From positions 186,001 to 250,000 of the forward strand of contig JAPDFW010000072.1 of NCBI GenBank assembly GCA_028826165.1: a stretch of DNA of 64,000 nt, given 5' to 3'. Below are positions 61,790 to 64,000 of the stretch, piece by piece. The stretch is from Anaeramoeba ignava BMAN. Lineage: Eukaryota; Protista; Anaeramoebae. Positions within the stretch are counted from its first letter, which is position 1. Each line of letters begins with the position of its first letter. A program made the position numbers and the translations under genes. The notes under the pieces are model-generated. The model was not told the DNA's origin. It did not search any database and saw only the letters and a program-made list of their open reading frames with translations.

Positions 61790-62695
61790 TTAAATTTGAA
61801 TTGAATTCCGATTTTGAATTTGAATTTGAATTTAAAATTAAATTAAATTTGTATTTGAATTTGAATTTGAATTTGATTTTGAATTTGAATTTGATATTGG
61901 ATTTGAATTTGATTTGAATTTGAATTGGATTTTGAATTTGATTTTGAATTTGGATTTGAATTTGAATTTGGATTTGAATTTAATTTGAATTTGAATTTGA
62001 ATTTGAATTTGAATTTGAATTTGAATTTGAATTTGAATTTGAATTTGAATTTGAATTTGAATTTGAATTTGAATTTGAATTTGAATTTGAATTTGAATTT
62101 GAATTTGAATTTGAATTTGAATTTGAATTTGAATTTTGAATTTTTGAATTTGAAATTTTGAATTTGGATTTGAATTTGAATTTGAATTTGATTTGAATTT
62201 GGATTTGAATTTTATTTGAATTTGAAATTTAAATTTGAATTTGAATTTAAATTTGGAAATTTAAATTTGAATTTGAATTTGAATTTGAATTTAAATTTTT
62301 TGAATTTGGAATTTGAAAAAATTTGATTTTAAATTTGAATTTGAATTTGAATTTGAATTTGAAATTAAATTTGAATTTGAATTTGAATTTGAATTTTGAA
62401 TTTGAATTTGAAATTGAATTTGATTTTGAATTTGAATTTGAATTTGAATTTGAATTTGAATTTGAATTTGAATTTGGATTTGAATTTGAATTTGAATTTG
62501 AATTTGAATTTGAATTTGAATTTGAATTTGAATTTGAATTTGAATTTGAATTTGAATTTGAATTGAATTTTTTGATTTTGAATTTGAATTTGATTTTGAA
62601 TTTGATTTTGAATTTGAATTTGAATTTGAATTTGAATTTGAATTTGAATTTGGATTTGATTTGAATTTGAATTTAAATTTGAATTTAATTTGATA
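61790..62695. repeat. (TTTGAA)n intergenic microsatellite
   Basis: Directly visible. Confidence 0.95.
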
Positions 62696-62696
62696 T

Positions 62697-63760
62697 TTAA
62701 TTTGAATTTTTGAGTTCTTTTTTAACTAAATTTAATTTTTGTTTAAATAAAGAATATTCTGAAAATTGAAAAAATTCTTCAGCTTCTTCAAGTTCTTCAT
62801 AAATATTCATTTCTAATCCTTTTTCAATTTCATCATAATATAAAAATTTAATTATTGTTTCAAGTGCTTTTGTTGATTTTCCTGTATAATCTTTAACTTC
62901 ATTTGTTGAATCTTCAGTAACTGTTAAAAACATTCCTCGAAATAATTCACTTCTTGCTGCTAATATAAATTTATGTGCTTTGATCTTTTTTCCTTCATTT
63001 GATATAATTGAAAAATCTTTACTTTCTTCATTTGAATAAAGTGAAATTAAATCTGAAATAATTCTTTCTTTTGGTGTTGTTTTATTTTTATTTTGATTTT
63101 GATTTTGATTTTGATTTTTCATTTTCATTTTCATTTTCATTTTGATTTTTATTTTGATTTTGATTTTCATTTTGATTTTGATTTTGATTTTGATTTTGAT
63201 TTTGATTTTGATTTTCAATTTCATTTTGATTTTTATCAAATTCTGTTTTAATTCCTGAATAAATATCTTCTAATAATTTCATTCCTTCTTCTTTATTATG
63301 ATTAATTAGATATTCTTCTATTTTTTCATTTGTTCATTTCCAATTCTTTGTTCTATAAATAATGAATGAATTCCAATTTCTTGTGAATCATTTGTTTTAT
63401 ATATTTTATCACATAATTCTTGTTTTTTTAAAAAATTAATTAAATCAAAAATAACTCCATAAATTGAAAATTTATATAAATTTGATGCTTCTTTTCCAAA
63501 TTTTCTTTCTATTCCTGTTATTAAAATTTCTGTATTTTTGTTTTGTTTAAATTTGATAAATTAAATTAAATTAAATTAAATAAATTGATAAATAAAATAA
63601 AATAAATACCATTCCATAATTTATTTGAATCATATTCTTCAAGAAGATTTACATAATGAATTTGAATTTTCCTTTCTTGATTTTGATTTAAAGAAATAAA
63701 TCTTTTTTCAATATATTCTTTAATTTCATTTGGTTCATTTTTTCCTTTTTTTCCTTTTTG
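62697..63760 (-). CDS. 3' part of a gene encoding a G-protein alpha-like C-terminus fused to tandem BTB domains; 5' end lies beyond the window
   Basis: EIKEYIEKRFISLNQNQERKIQIHYVNLLE resembles the Galpha alpha4-beta6-alpha5 region. A short intron follows, then ELCD..IGIHSFI and KDFSIIS..IKAHKFILAARSELFRGMF (BTB). Frameshifts present. Confidence 0.65.
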
Positions 63761-64000
63761 ATTAAATTTTTTGATTAAATTTTTTTTAAACAAATAAATT
63801 TTGATTAAATTAAATTTTTGATTAAATTTTTGAACAAATTTTGGAATAAATTTTTGATTAAATTTTGGAATAAATTTTTGATTAAATTTTTGAACAAATT
63901 TTGGAATAAATTTTTGATTAAATTTTAGAATAAATTTTTGATTAAATTTTGGAATAAATTTTGGATTAAATTTTTGATTAAATTTTTGATTAAATTTTGG

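Noticed and set aside
1125-62664. Numerous ORFs of ILIL, FNFN, KIKI, LNLN, YYYH and similar
   Set aside because: They are translations of hexamer or trinucleotide microsatellites in introns and intergenic DNA, not genes.
7605-63300. Frequent frameshifts as programmed frameshifting or mass pseudogenisation (~9330, 12185, 12990, 43100, 45890, 52600, 58160, 63120)
   Set aside because: Almost all lie in A/T homopolymers or microsatellites in otherwise intact genes, typical of long-read consensus error. Short-read polishing is needed before any biological claim.

Overview
Extremely AT-rich eukaryotic nuclear DNA with spliceosomal introns and the standard genetic code. The gene content points to an anaerobic metamonad protist, probably Anaeramoeba-like (inference): a presequence-bearing succinyl-CoA synthetase beta, a Trichomonas-like TCATTTT initiator, and a large BTB/RCC1/TLDc expansion. 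Housekeeping genes are RPL17, importin-alpha, SCS-beta, major vault protein, a PTPDC1-like phosphatase and a divergent mitochondrial carrier; several of them have introns each filled with a different simple tandem repeat. Ubiquitin-system genes are dense: a RING-kinase, six full-length intronless RCC1-BTB paralogs in two clusters plus one fragment, SEL1-BTB, BTB-TLDc, a Galpha-BTB fusion, a Ubl without diglycine and USP remnants. Best leads: (1) the RCC1-BTB paralogs have near-invariant BTB tails but hypervariable, mosaic propeller loops, resembling a diversifying receptor/Cullin-3 adaptor repertoire; (2) two consecutive 3-nt microexons join the SEL1 and BTB ORFs into one gene; (3) a 153-nt tRNA-like RNA has no anticodon loop and an extra D-loop hairpin; (4) intron satellite units lack AG/GT on the sense strand; (5) a 5-kb intron holds duplicated gene remnants and a duplication-flanked, A-tailed insert. 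Many single-base frameshifts sit in homopolymers and are probably sequencing errors.
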